From Takakia lepidozioides (taxonomy: Eukaryota; Plantae; Bryophyta), in the NCBI GenBank assembly GCA_030704615.1, contig CM060732.1, positions 34,286,001 through 34,350,000 on the forward strand: DNA of 64,000 bases, read 5' to 3'. Shown here one piece after another: positions 1-11,931 of the stretch. Under the pieces are notes generated by a model. That model was not told the origin of the DNA, searched no databases, and saw nothing but the letters and a program-made list of their open reading frames with translations. A program made the position numbers and the translations under genes. The stretch's first letter is position 1. Each line of letters begins with the position of its first letter.

Positions 1-299
1 AATCGCAGGGAGCTGCATACATCTACTTCTGTCTCTCCCTCCCTCAATTAGACTGGAAGCAAGAGCCAGAAGGGAGTGTTGTGATTGGAGAATCAACTAG
101 TATTAATACGCTGCTGCATATTGTTGATAAACTCCACTCACATGTAAAATATCTTGCATAGGTCTTTTAACACACAGCTGTGGACTGCCAGTCACAATTA
201 CAGGCTGGCTCTACTATACCACATGTTTAGCATCCTCACAGACTTGGAGCTGCTGAAGTCTTCATTACTTTCAAGATAACACAGTTTCACCACCTTCTC

Positions 300-2230
300 G
301 CACAAAAATTGATCAAATTAAGATAGCAAGAAGAGAAAGGCAGACCTTGTCAGGTGTCGAAGGAAAATTGTCCTGCATGGACGGAGACATTTTCAACAAG
401 GGACTCTGTAAAGTCTTGGTGGGAGAGTCGAGGTACATCCCCGGAGAACCACAACCCCTCTTTGCGTGTGATGGGTTCCTCCCCTTTCTTGCTTGGTCTA
501 CCACCCAGCAGTGGATCTCAACCCGGTCTTCCAGACTTTCTCCTTGTTATTTCCTGCATGCCACAGCCGAACCCAAGGAAATTTAGCATCATTTTGGCAC
601 ATTGAATCTAACTCACAACCCTGCAATATTGATCTAAAAGAAGATCCAGACACCCAAATGACAGGAGAGGATAGACCCACATACATAAATAAGGTCTAAA
701 TAAGTTATGTAAACAAATCAAAGTCAAACACAATAAACATGTTTCTCACTGGACATCTAGCAATGTGATTTCTTTGCTATGCCCCGTCTGTCTAACACCA
801 GTTTAGGTGAGGAAAATGTTATGCCAAATAGTCATCATGTATTCAAAGGTGCCATTACATGGATATGATTGCTATGGAGGTACACTCGTAAATATTCTCC
901 TGAAGCTTTGCAACTTTTCCAGTTCCTGATGGGTGAAGTGCTATGTCTCTCCACATCCATTCATGCTCACACTGTCTCTTTACCAGCAAATATTGGTCAC
1001 TGCTAAACCATCAGCTGTGGCAGCAAGAACCTTGTATTTCATGTCGCAAGTAGGAACATGGCATAGTGGTCCAGAGAAACATGAGATGGGGATCTTGGGA
1101 GTGACATGTGCAAAGGACATCCAAAGCATAAGCTTACCCAAGCTTCACTTCTACTTGGACAATTCTCATACTTGTCAAGATCGCCATGGACTCTCAGCTG
1201 GGCTTTGGACCCTCTCAAGGCCAATTCATGAAGTATGCCTCCGGCAGGCAAATAGAATATGTCACCTTAAGAGGACAGCAAATACTGTCAGCTATTCAGA
1301 GACCTCTATCCTAGTCAAGGTCCGAGCAGTTGTTTAGACTAGAAGGATCAACCTTCCTTAAATTCGGGCAACTACTTGCCCAATAAGGAAGTGGTGGAGA
1401 AAAAGCAGAAAGTTAACAGCCGGACATGGAGCTCAAAATTGAGATCAACAGTGTTGACGTTGAGATTCGAAAGGAGACAAAACAGGCAGACCATAGGACA
1501 CACCCCCAAATCTGAGTAGAGATAGACATCGAAAAGACAAACCTGGAGCTAGACATGGGCATTGAGTGAAGGTGATGTCAAACAATGTCATCGGCAGCCA
1601 CTTGTACACTCAGCAATCTTCATTGTAGCCTCCACACGTAATCACCAACTCTATTATCACCTACAGGAAGGATAACACGACTGATTGGTGGGTAATTAAG
1701 CTGGGTTGAGCCAGGTGCATGCATGGAGAAAAAAGAGGGTGCCCAAGAATTTAATCACAGAAGCTCTCCACTGCCCTACACAGTCCGCAATAGTCTGCTG
1801 CATGTTCTCATGAAAGATTCCTGGGCATTAGTAGGTACAACCGCAATTCCTGCAGTCACAAAGCGTTCACACTGCCTTCGAGCATGACCAATGTTGTACG
1901 AAGAGTAACCACAAGAAATGCTAAGGTTCCACATATTCTCAAAAAAGTGAGTAGGTAGTAATCGCCGGGGGCGAGCCGGTGAGGACCACGGGGTGTAGAC
2001 ATCCATTGCACACGTGGGAGGTGCTCGAGGTTCAGAGGGAGTTGGCAGCCAAGGCGGCTGTGATGGATGAGGTTGGAGATTCTTCTTGGGTTGAGGAGGT
2101 CTTCAAGGATGACCTCTAAGTCTGCTAGACTTAAGGTTGCAGTTACGGAGGACAATTGCGAGCCTAACATTGGACCCATTGACACTGGAGGAGAGAGACG
2201 ACGTATACGGCGGTTCATTGCTTGTCTCGG
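300..2230 (-). mobile_element. Highly degenerate Ty3/gypsy gag-pol remnant
   Basis: Minus-strand traces only: RT-like GTFEYMM..FGIT near 830-860, NDAKFPW near 575-595 and a protease-like stretch near 1000-1140. Many stops; boundaries approximate. Confidence 0.35.
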
Positions 2231-2269
2231 TAGGCAGAGAGGCCATCAAGGGGAGTGCACTCCGCACTC

Positions 2270-3455
2270 TACGTTGCTCAGCCATAGCCAAGTTGATAAT
2301 CCAAGTCAAGCAATTGAGATCCATCGCTTGCCCCAACACCTGACGATGTGATGCCTCAGAAAGAGAAGGCACCGCCGTGGTCCCAGTGGAAAAATCCATA
2401 GCCCGCTCTCGCTCGTCGGCATTAGGTTTCACTAACTATTGCAACTGAGCATCCCACAGGAGGCCAGGTGCACTATCCCGGAAAGCATGCGATCCTGGGA
2501 AGCTGAGCAGTGTAGGTAGTGCTGCTCGTGGTTGACCCACCTTGTTGACCACTGCCAAAGGCGGACGGTCATCATGTCTCACACCTTGAGACTGCCTCCC
2601 CGTGTCCAAGATATTATCCACTGTGAGGTGTGCTGGCCGCTGCACCCCATCAAATGCACGCTTGAGCAGTGCGGGTGGCATCAAGTTAGTCCACCATAGC
2701 CGTGGACGATGAGCCTATGACCCCACTGCAGCTGCATCCAGTAACACTGCTGACCCAAGCCACGACCGGACTTGATGTACACTGGCCATCGCCCTGGCCC
2801 AAGAATCGCCCATCAGGGGCACATTCTCCAAGATGTATGTTGGAGATACAGCTTGATGATACTGTAAGTGGCGCAAAACCCACACCATCTCCCAAAACAG
2901 ACCCAACCTCGAGTTTCGGAATCCATTGCCATGACCGGCTGATGAATGCCCTTGGTAAGGCCAACCTGCCACTACCAGATCAATGGAGCCAAACCACTCC
3001 AAATCCTGCGCCCCCAGCAACGAAATGTCTGCTGGCAAGGCCTGTTGATATCCACGAACTGCAGACACCGGCAACAACTTAGGATACTGCCGCACCAACT
3101 GAGCAACATGGGGTAGGGAGACGCGTTGTGCAGTCTTATCCCTCTCCACATACAGGTAACGCCAAACCCGCACACCTGCCTGTAGCACAACAGCCAATCT
3201 GGTGCTGATCCCGCCAAACAAGTTCAGAAGGCAAATGCCTTCATCCGGACACTTCCACACGATCGGTGTGGTGTCCAATGGTGACAACTGAGGTGGTCCT
3301 GGTGCAATCCCCGCACTGTCCCCCTCTCCTGATGGTGCAAAAACCTCTACGCAGGCTTGTTGCATCCGTCGATCAGCAACCCGCTGCAAATCCTTGCTCA
3401 AGCCCCACAATGGAGTGTGAGCAACCATGGCAGACAACTCCGCCATACCATACAT
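2270..3455 (-). pseudogene. C5 cytosine DNA methyltransferase domain (DNMT3-like motif order I-X), intronless, disabled
   Basis: ORFs 2715..3455, 2436..2684 and 2103..2432 share one frame, separated by single TAG stops. Motif I LLNLFGGIS, II YVERD, IV DLVVAGWPYQGHS (PC to PY), VI ILENV, VIII LLDAAAVGS*AHRPRLWWTN, IX PNADERERAMDFSTGTT, X RQVLGQAMDLNCL. Confidence 0.88.
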
Positions 3456-3656
3456 GTTATCTTGCTCTCCCGAAGGCCTGGGGGGTGCACTCTAGCCAAT
3501 ATGTACCAGCCACTTGCGTGCACAGGAGGGGGTATTTTAAACCCCTCCATGTACAACATTATACATATAGAGGGGGGTTTATATCACCTTAAATATATTC
3601 TTACAGGAGGGGGTTATCTAATTTTAGGAGTAGTCTAGTGGTAAGGGCGTAGAATG

Positions 3657-4216
3657 TGTCGTGACGCATTGCGGGATCAAATCGCGATGCAATGTTGTTT
3701 TGCTTTTTTTTTTTTCTTTTCTCCCCGCGATCTGTCTCCCGCGGGCTCTCTTTTCCCTCCTCCCCCGCACCCCTTCCGTGTCAGCATGGTCTTAGCAGGC
3801 CATGAGCTTTGTGACCCCCTCTCTTTCTTGTTTCTTTTTTCCTTTTATCCCATGCAGCAACGTTGGAGGTGAGTTCATCTAAGCATCTTAGCCCTCACAA
3901 CTGCAGTAGACTAGATCTTTGATGTATACAATTTACGGAACCCTAACTTCATTTGTGATTTGTGAGTTGTGAAGGATTACTTCTTTTACACATGTCTTGT
4001 GGTGCTGCAGTTGCCAGAACAAGGCCTGGCCAAGGAACTGAACTTATTGTACTCTCTGCTTGCATGTAGCGCTTTCCAGCGATAATAGAGTCTCGGTGTT
4101 AGAACTGGCCCGTTGGAACTCGCGGTTTGGGAACGCCAATCATCTGGCAGTTCTCAGAGAAATGAGAGCTCTCGGATGGAGACTGCGGCAGTTAATTTAA
4201 TGGTCTTTTGTCAACA
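3657..4216. repeat. LTR-like fragment (TG...CA, ~560 bp)
   Basis: Begins TGTCGTGA, ends TGTCAACA, and separates the minus-strand MTase from the plus-strand RNase H end. No matching TSD (gaatg vs gggtg). Confidence 0.35.
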
Positions 4217-4225
4217 GGGTGGGAT

Positions 4226-5900
4226 AATGCAGGGTTTGGTTAATAGGGATGCGGATAGATTGAGTCACAATCCATGCACGAGCCAGCAGGATGACACTAG
4301 AGCTCGGTGGCATGGTGAGACGGGTGTCGGGATGGCATGCATCTGCCTTTTTGTGTATCTTGGCATCGGGAGGTCAGGTTGGACCTACAACATGGATGAC
4401 TGTAGACAAAGTGTCTGAGGACCTGAGGCTAGTGATGAGCCAGGTGGTGCCAGAGATATACATGAGGATTTGGTTCTGTTGGACTACATCCGCCTAGAGA
4501 CACGGCAGCTAGTGTGACTGCCAAGGAGAGGGATCGGATCCTGCAACGAGCCAAGAGGTTCAAGTGGGAGGGGATACACCTGCTCCGAGTGTGAGAGGAT
4601 GGTCAGGTGAGGATCGTGCCTCACCCAACACAGCGTGCACGGTTAGTGCGGCATGCCCATGAGGAGTTGGAGCATTTTGGAGTGCGACGCACTCATAGTC
4701 TACTGCATGGGCAGTATTGGTGGCGTGGTATGCACACAGAGGTGCAATAGTTCGTGGCTAGGTGCATGGTGTGTGACAGGGTGCGTGCTTCATTCAATGC
4801 TTCTACACCACAGTTGCATCCTTCACCCATCATGGGATTGGGCTACAGGTGGAGTCTTGACTTCGCAGGGCCGTTGTCATTGATGATGCGCCACCACAGA
4901 TATGTGTTGGTGATGGTGGAGCACTTCTCCAAGTGGATTGAGTTGGTTCCATTGCCTGACAAGGCTAGTGAGGGGGCTGCGTATGCATTCCTGGATCGTG
5001 TGCTTAGCCGATTCGGTGCTCCAGCTGAGGTACTCACGGACCAAGGGAGAGAGTTCTTGGGAGAGTTTCAGGCTTTGTGTGATAAAGCCTTGATAGACCA
5101 CCACACCACTTCTCGGGACCATTCCTGAGGCCGATGGCTTGGCAGATAGAGTGTTTTAGACAGTGAAGAGGGGTTTGCGCAAGTATGGCTTGCAAAAGGG
5201 ACACCTAGGAGATTGGGATCTTCAGGTACCTTGGTTAGCCATGGGCTATAGGTTTAGCAAGCAAGCATCACTTACCTCCTTCTCACCATATTTCCTTCTC
5301 TTTGGCCGAGAGCTGGATTTGCCTGCATCTATTCTCAGGGAGGCTGCAGTAGTCCTCAATCTTGATGATCTGGATGTGTGGACACAAGCATGTGCCCAAC
5401 GGGCAGAGTTTTTCAAGAGGGTCATGCCTATGGCTTTTGAGAACCTTGCTATTGCCCAACACCGAGACACATTGAGATATGGCACTATACGTGGAGGGGG
5501 ATATCAGCCAGATGTTCGGCGTTTCCACCCTGGGGACTATGTGTATCTGCAGCAGACAGCGCCTACAACCTTGGATGTCACAGCAGAACGTGTGATTCTA
5601 AGGGTGAGGGAGGTGTTGCCTTCAGGAGTGTTGATTCTGGAGGGTCGAGATGGCATGGTATGCAAGGACCATGTGTGCAATTGTGCGACATGTCACCTTC
5701 CACATGTAGATGGGACGATAGATCCCAACCTTGCAGTGGTACCTGCAGGGTTGCGTTGCATGCTATGTGGGCATGCTCGTGGTGCCGCCACTATGCTCGT
5801 GTGTGATCGATGCTCAAGAGGTTGGCACATGGGATGCTTGACACCAACTCTTAAGAGGGTTCCTGATGGAGATTGGTTATGTCCAAACTGCTTGGGATAG
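4226..5900 (+). mobile_element. Ty3/gypsy pol 3' part: RNase H end, integrase (HHCC, DDE core) and C-terminal PHD finger; frameshifted
   Basis: GLVNRDADRLSHNP (RNase H end); HAHEELEHFG..YWWRGM..RCMVC (zinc-binding); WSLDFAGPL, VLTDQGREF (core); C4HC3 PHD CMLC..CDRC..HMGC..CPNC ending at stop 5900. Purine tract AGGGGGGCGAT at 6150-6160. Confidence 0.9.
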
Positions 5901-6160
5901 TGGCAGTGGATATGACTAGTGGCAACTAAGAAGACATGGGAGGCCAAGCTCATATGAGTCAATACGCGAGATCTCATGCTCAAGTTCACAAGTTGCAAGA
6001 CGGCGACTAACGATGGGGCAACTCTTGTACCCGGCCTCTTGATTTATCGAGTTTGAGTGTAGTAGGGACAGTGGTGGAGGACTTTGTGAGGTTATGGCCA
6101 CTATCACATCTTGTGGCTACCTGGACTTAGAGGGACCTAAGCGCAAGCTAGGGGGGCGAT

Positions 6161-6234
6161 TGTGATGGACTAGTGGCAGCCTAATAATGGACTAGTGGCT
6201 GCACTAGTGTTGGACTAGTGGCTACACTAGTGGT
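6161..6234 (+). repeat. Left ACTAGTGG repeat array starting TGTGATGGACTAGTGGC; resumes at 19894-19930 after the nested LTR element
   Basis: Tandem degenerate (C/G)ACTAGTGG units. The first 17 bp are a perfect inverted match to 29778-29794. Confidence 0.8.
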
Positions 6235-7404
6235 TGTCGCGCGGCTTTTACTCACCCATCCCTTCGCTATCCGAGGCGGAAACTCCAAGATAGAAGAGTT
6301 GGAAATCTCTAAGTACTCAGCCCGCGCAGAACAATCAGTCATGACCTACAGCTAGTGTATCATGGGGGTGTTTCCTATTTGTTTCCTTTTCCGCATTCAT
6401 CTTAGCTACCTTACCATTGATAATTAAGTATCAGTTTGCTTTATCAATTTATCGGTTTCCTTCACTCCTCCATTCAATCCACAGCTTCACTCAGATCTCT
6501 CTACACAGTGTGATTGTATCGTATAAGTATCAGATTATGATTTATCAGGTATCAGGCCGAAGCCATTGTGTCTCTATTCTCCTCTACAATATCCCTACAG
6601 CTTTGCATATAACAAGCATCTACTAATCCTCTTTCCTCCTTCATCGTGCTCACCGACTTCCGCTCCCGCCTGACTCCGAAGTCCCCCGAATAATGATAAT
6701 AATGATCTCCTCATCATTCCCCGTTCTTCCCTTTATCCTCCTATCCGCGGTTCTAACCGTTTCCCTCTCTAACCGTCGTATGTGAACTAACATGTTCCCT
6801 TCACTGTGTTGTTCCCACAGTCGTTCCCTGTCCTACTCTTCGTTCCCTATTATCGTGACAGCTGTGTCAAGCGGTGACTGGCTGTGTTTGGCTGTGTCGG
6901 GCTGTGACTGGCTGTGTGGGCTGTGTCTGCTGTGACGACTGTGACGGGCTGTGTGGGCTGTGTGGGCTGTGACGACTGTGACGGGCTGTGACGGCTGTGT
7001 GGGCTTGTGACGACTGTGTCGGGCTGTGTTGGCTTGTGGGCTGTGACTGCTGTGTCGGCTGTGTGGGCTGTGATGACTGTGACGGCTGTGTGGGCTGTGA
7101 CGACTGTGACGGGCTGTGTTGGCTGTGTGGGCTGTGACGACTGTGTCGGGCTGTGTTGGCTGTGTGGGCTATGACTGCTGTGTCGGCTGTGTCGGCTGTG
7201 ACGACTGTGACGGGCTGTGTGGCTGTGTGGGCTGTGACGGCTGTGTGGGCTGTGACTGCTGAGTCGGCTGTGTGGGCTATGTAACCCCCCTCTACAGTGC
7301 GCTGCTGTCACCCCTAAGGTTCCTGTTTGTCTCAGTCTGTGCAAAAATTAAGGGTACCCTACAGATCCCGTATAAGTGTCTAAGTCCCCTACAGTCCTCT
7401 AACA
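6235..7404 (-). repeat. 3' LTR (1170 bp) with GCTGTG-type low-complexity array (~6855-7280)
   Basis: Direct repeat of 18675-19893; TGTCGC...CTAACA on the plus strand. Confidence 0.95.
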
Positions 7405-7420
7405 TTACCCCTTCCCCCCT
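7405..7420 (-). other. Polypurine tract of the gypsy element
   Basis: Minus strand AGGGGGGAAGGGGTAA immediately precedes the 3' LTR. Confidence 0.85.
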
Positions 7421-7882
7421 CAAAAAGCCGTGTCCTCACGGTTTACTGTTTCCGAGTAGCAAACCTTTGTGAGTGAGCACCTTGTTGACGTTGAGAGTTT
7501 CGTGGTGGGCTGTGTGTACGAGCCCGAGGTCTGTCTCTGGTTGATGGAGATGGTTGATCACTACCTGGATAAGTGAGGCCTTCTGGAGGCTGATATCGAG
7601 GTAATCTATCCGGCATAGGAGATCCCCTTTGTTTCTTCTCTTCCATCTGAATTGCATAGTCTTCTCCCATGTCAAAAGAATTTTGTGAAGAAACAGTTGT
7701 ATCAGAATCCTCATCGCCTCTCAGGTGTTTTAATTTTCGAACTTTTTGTGGAATCATCTGGGGCATACAATGCTGTCCTACCATGTCTGGAAGTTTGCAT
7801 TTTACAACCTGGTGTAACCGTTGAACAGCAAAATTGGTGTAGACACTGAGCTCCTTGTCTGTCCAGATGAGTGGGGTACCAA

Positions 7883-10800
7883 TTACTGGTGCAGGTGCAA
7901 GTATTTCCATGCGATATGTCCCTTATAGAAAATGTCATCAAGTCCGAATTTCTGTGTTGACAAATTGTTGCAGGCTGCTTGAAACCATGAACGAATTTGA
8001 GAATCCTTCTGTATCATAACTTTTGGGTCATATAGGTACATATGAGGTGGTGGCACCGAAGGTAATACCCAATGATCTCCACTGGAGTAACTTTGAAAGC
8101 GTGCTTGCATCTTTTGTTGCTCAATGTGGTAACGTATCAGAAAACAAGCAGCGTAGTATAGCCCGCACCCCATGACAATACTTGCTATTTCCTTGGTCTT
8201 GGTATAAATGAGTCCATGTACAACCTGGAAAGCAACCAATTCCCTCAACATGGTACCTGCCTCGTGCCAGTATTGTGCAAAGTGATGATCTTCAATATGT
8301 CGATTGTTTGGAAGAACTTTAGTCCTGGTTGCCACTGGCAGCCAAATACGCATGATTTGGTAGTAATGTGCGAATGACTGCGGAGGACTAAATTCTTTCC
8401 AAGCCAAATCCAACATGATGGGAATTTGGTTGAAGGGCATAATCATAGCCCTACTGTACTCCCTGGCAGCTGGAGTTTTAGGTGGGTTAAAAGCTGCATT
8501 GCCCCATACCTCCGGCTGTGGTGGCTGTGGTGTGGTTGTAGTAACCACAGGTTCAGCTACTGGTACACTGACCTGTTGTGGTGGTGGTGGTACTGGTTCC
8601 TGTACCATTGGCATCTCCTGCACCTCCTGTGAAGACTGAAAAGCCATTAGCTGTTCCTGAGGGATATAGACTCTTTGGTCGATGTTTGAAGTGAGGTCTT
8701 CCACTTGAGTCTGGAGTCCGTCTACATCCTCTTGTAACTCTGCTATCCTACTATAGACATTGTCTATAGTAGTTGTGGCAATGTTCTGCACCTGCAGTCT
8801 AAGCTCATTCATCTCGCTTTGGGTGAGCTTCCGTGGGCTTTTGCCCTCTACTGGTCCTTGTGCTAACCAGACCTGCATAAGGCTGTTATCCACCAAGCTG
8901 CTTGTGGTTCCCCTGAGAGTTTGCTCCTCTCTTAGCTTATACAATTCCAACTGCTGTTGTAAATCCTTCATGCGCTTCGCCTGTGGCTCAACCAATTGCG
9001 CATAGGCAGCAAGTAGATTATTGGCTTCTTTCGAAGCCTTGTTACTGACCGCGATTTCATTTCTATTGGCCACGATGGTTTGTTGCAACTCCACGATGTA
9101 TTTCTCATTCTCAGCTTCCATCTGCCTGTATTGCTTGAAGAGTATCTTCATTGCGACAGATTGTATTCTTCATATCGACAATGAGCTTCATGTGCTCCAC
9201 ATTCTCTTCTTCTGCCTTCGTACATTTTTCCGCTTGACTGTTTATTTCTTTTGTTGATTGGTCAAGCATAGTTGTAAATGTAGCGCATTGTATCGCCATC
9301 CTGTTATGCACTGTCTGCAACTCCGTATGTAGTGCATTCAGTTCTTGCAACTTGCTTTCATGCTGCACCTGCATTTGGTATAGCTGTTGCTTATGTGCTT
9401 CGTGCAACTGGTCTTGCGCGAGGCCTGCCTCAATCAATTGTTGCTTGGCCAATTGCAAAGCCATTTCTGTATTGGCCAAGTCCTGCTTCATCTTGAGAGT
9501 GACCTCTTCATCGACCTTGTTTGCACACTCAGTGGCAAGTCGAGCCTCAAACTCCTTCCTGAGTTCTTCTTTCAAGGCTGTCAATTGGGTAATTGGAACA
9601 TGGGTTTTGACATAAGTCCCCAACAAATTAAGTGTCCTGCCTATGGAACTCATCAGCATTGCCTGTTGAGGGTCATCATGGTGAGGTTGCTGCTGTTCCT
9701 CCCGATCTTCAACAGTATGATGTCTCACTAACCATTCAGACCATTGTCCCACCGGATTTTCTTCCTGAACTACTTCATTTATGACCGGTGCTACAGTGTC
9801 ATGGCCTTCCGCCTGTGGTACCTCCGACACAGGTGTGTGCATTATATGTACCTCAGGATTTCTCTTGGGCAACTGTTGCACCTCTGGGATTTCTGTCTGC
9901 TTGACCAGACCAGAATATTCATAGAGAAGGTCCCCTTTCTCTATTTCTGCCACTATCTGTTCTGTAGTTGGAATATCTATCCCTTCACTTTCCAAATCAA
10001 TTATTTCGGGTTGAGCTGCATGGATAACTTGTGACCTTGTGACAAGTCGTTCAAGTGGCTGTGTTGGCTGTGATGCAGAAGTAACTTCTTCCTCCCTCTC
10101 TGAAGGTCCTGCTTCCAGTAATAACATTCTTTTGTGCTGCTGTGCCCCTTCCTGGTCATGAGCTTGGGAAACATTATCATGCGGAATCCGTGAAGCCAGT
10201 GGATCCGCCACTACAGTCTTTCCCCTTCTCTGCCTCTTAGTCTCGGGTTGTGCTGCTAGTCCACCCTCACTGTGTGAAGAGCCTTGCTCTTCCATTGCAG
10301 TTGTTTCTGGCTCAAACACTCCCATTTCCTTCCTTTCTTGTGCATTAAGTATGCCAGAACTAAGGATTATTTGAGCAATGATTGGGCCAGACACTATGAT
10401 AGGAGATTTTGCGGTAGTACCTTGTAATCTTTTCATCTCCTCTACCAGTGCGTTGTACATTATGTCCGCCCATGGTACCTCTTGTCCCTTCAAGCCTTTG
10501 AGGATTTCCTCTGTGAAGGATCTGCTCAAATATTGTTGGTTCTGTTTCAGGGCAATCAGAACGTTCAATACTTGGCCTATGTCTTTTAACCCTGGGTACA
10601 CAGCTTTGGTACAAGCATAACCCTGAGTTTTAAAGAAACTCCCTTCTTGGAATAAATCCCCTATTTGCAGTCTTTCCCTGTGTTCCTCCACATACACATG
10701 ACCTGCTGGCAATCGAAACAATTGCTGGAGGTATAGGGGAGTAATCATTAATTCAACTCCCTTCACCGTTGTTGTTCCTGTCTTTGGCTCAAAGTTCTGC

Positions 10801-11633
10801 AAAAATTGTAACATGTACTGTCTATGGTGTAGTGTCCAATCCATGCTTTGCAATCCTTCCAATCTCAGCTCCTTCAGTATCTTTATCGCCTGTGGGGTAG
10901 CCATCGTTTGTTTCTGCAGAATTGTGGTGCTCTTCACCCTGATTTCCTCCATTCCTCTCACTCTCTTCATCTTAGACTCACAGAACTGCTTTGGCTGTAA
11001 CAACTGCAGGAATGCCTGTAGTGCACAAAGCAGAAACGTATGGTTGCCGCAGAAAGCTATGGGTAATCTCTTGTAAGCCTGCGGGGCTTGCAAGCATTGT
11101 TCAAGAGAAAAGCTCTGCTCTTTCGTTTCGTGTCTCTGCCATTGCGTAAGTAATATTGCGAGCGTATAGTCTGTTAGTTCCTCCATAGTTTCCAAGTTAT
11201 AGCATTTATGGCCTGTCCTGTCGAGACGCCCGTTACTCAGAACGACGCCGCCTCTTGCGCTTAATTTCCCTCCATTTTCTTGATCATTTCTCTGGTTTTC
11301 TATTGGCTGTATCCGCTGTGACTGGATTTTAACTTTTATCTTCTTTAGTGGACTTTCCCTGTTGGATAGTCCACTAGGATCACACATGCGACATGAATTC
11401 AGTTTTTCTGTACTTGCCGTTCGTTCTGTTTCCCTTTTTCCGTATTCATTAATGGGCCCGCCTTTCATCCCTTTTGACGGCCGTTCTTGTCCTCTTTCTT
11501 TTTGACACCTGTCCTTGCACTTCATTCTCTGCTGTGTGTCGCACCCTGACCTCCACGTGTCTATTTTTAAATTAATTTCCGTTTCTTCTTCCTTCAGCCA
11601 TTTTCCTGAAGTTTTTATGTGTCCACTTGTCAC
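7883..11633 (-). CDS. Extra 3' ORF(s) of the gypsy element: plant-transposon/Athila-ORF-like domain plus long coiled coil (840 aa and 422 aa overlapping ORFs, probably one frameshifted ORF; possible continuation to 7443)
   Basis: Long sense-orientation ORFs between pol and the PPT. YMLQFLQNF..TVKGVELMITPLYLQQLFRLP resembles the LVxEFYxN..VRGxxIxxxxxxIxxxLxLP pattern of Athila-type accessory proteins. Q/E/L heptads span the junction of the two ORFs. Confidence 0.7.
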
Positions 11634-11659
11634 TGATTCTATGGATCGTGTAACTTTAG

Positions 11660-11931
11660 TAGGCTGTGTTGAGCTGTGACAGGCTGTGTCATACTGTGTT
11701 ACGCTGTGATAGGCTGTGTTGCACTGTGGTAAGCTGTGATAGGCTGTGACACGCTGCGGTAGGTTGTGATAGGCTGTGTCACGTCGTGACGGGCTGTGAT
11801 AGGCTGTGTCACGCCGTGCTGGCTGTGATAGGCTGTGTCACGCCGTGATGGGCTGTGATAGGCTGTGTCACGCCGTGATGGGCTGTGATAGGCTGTGTCA
11901 CGCCGTGATGGGCTGTGATAGGCTGTGTCAC
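11660..11931. repeat. 30-bp tandem array (GGCTGTGATAGGCTGTGTCACGCCGTGATG) between pol and the extra ORF
   Basis: About 3.5 perfect copies at 11821-11931 plus degenerate copies to the left. Confidence 0.9.

Noticed and set aside
2270-3455. Host DRM2/MET1/CMT gene
   Set aside because: Motif order is not permuted; no UBA, BAH or chromo domains; no introns; disabled.
3657-4216. Clean solo LTR
   Set aside because: TG...CA ends but no TSD; kept only at low confidence.
6850-7344. His/Ser/Thr-rich ORFs (also 19291..19833 and 11699..12040)
   Set aside because: Translations of the GCTGTG arrays, not genes.
7883-11633. Retroviral env gene
   Set aside because: No evident signal peptide or transmembrane anchor; coiled coil only.
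11660-11931. CRISPR-like periodicity (also 24161-24995 and the ACTAGTGG arrays)
   Set aside because: No unique spacers, no cas genes, eukaryotic context.
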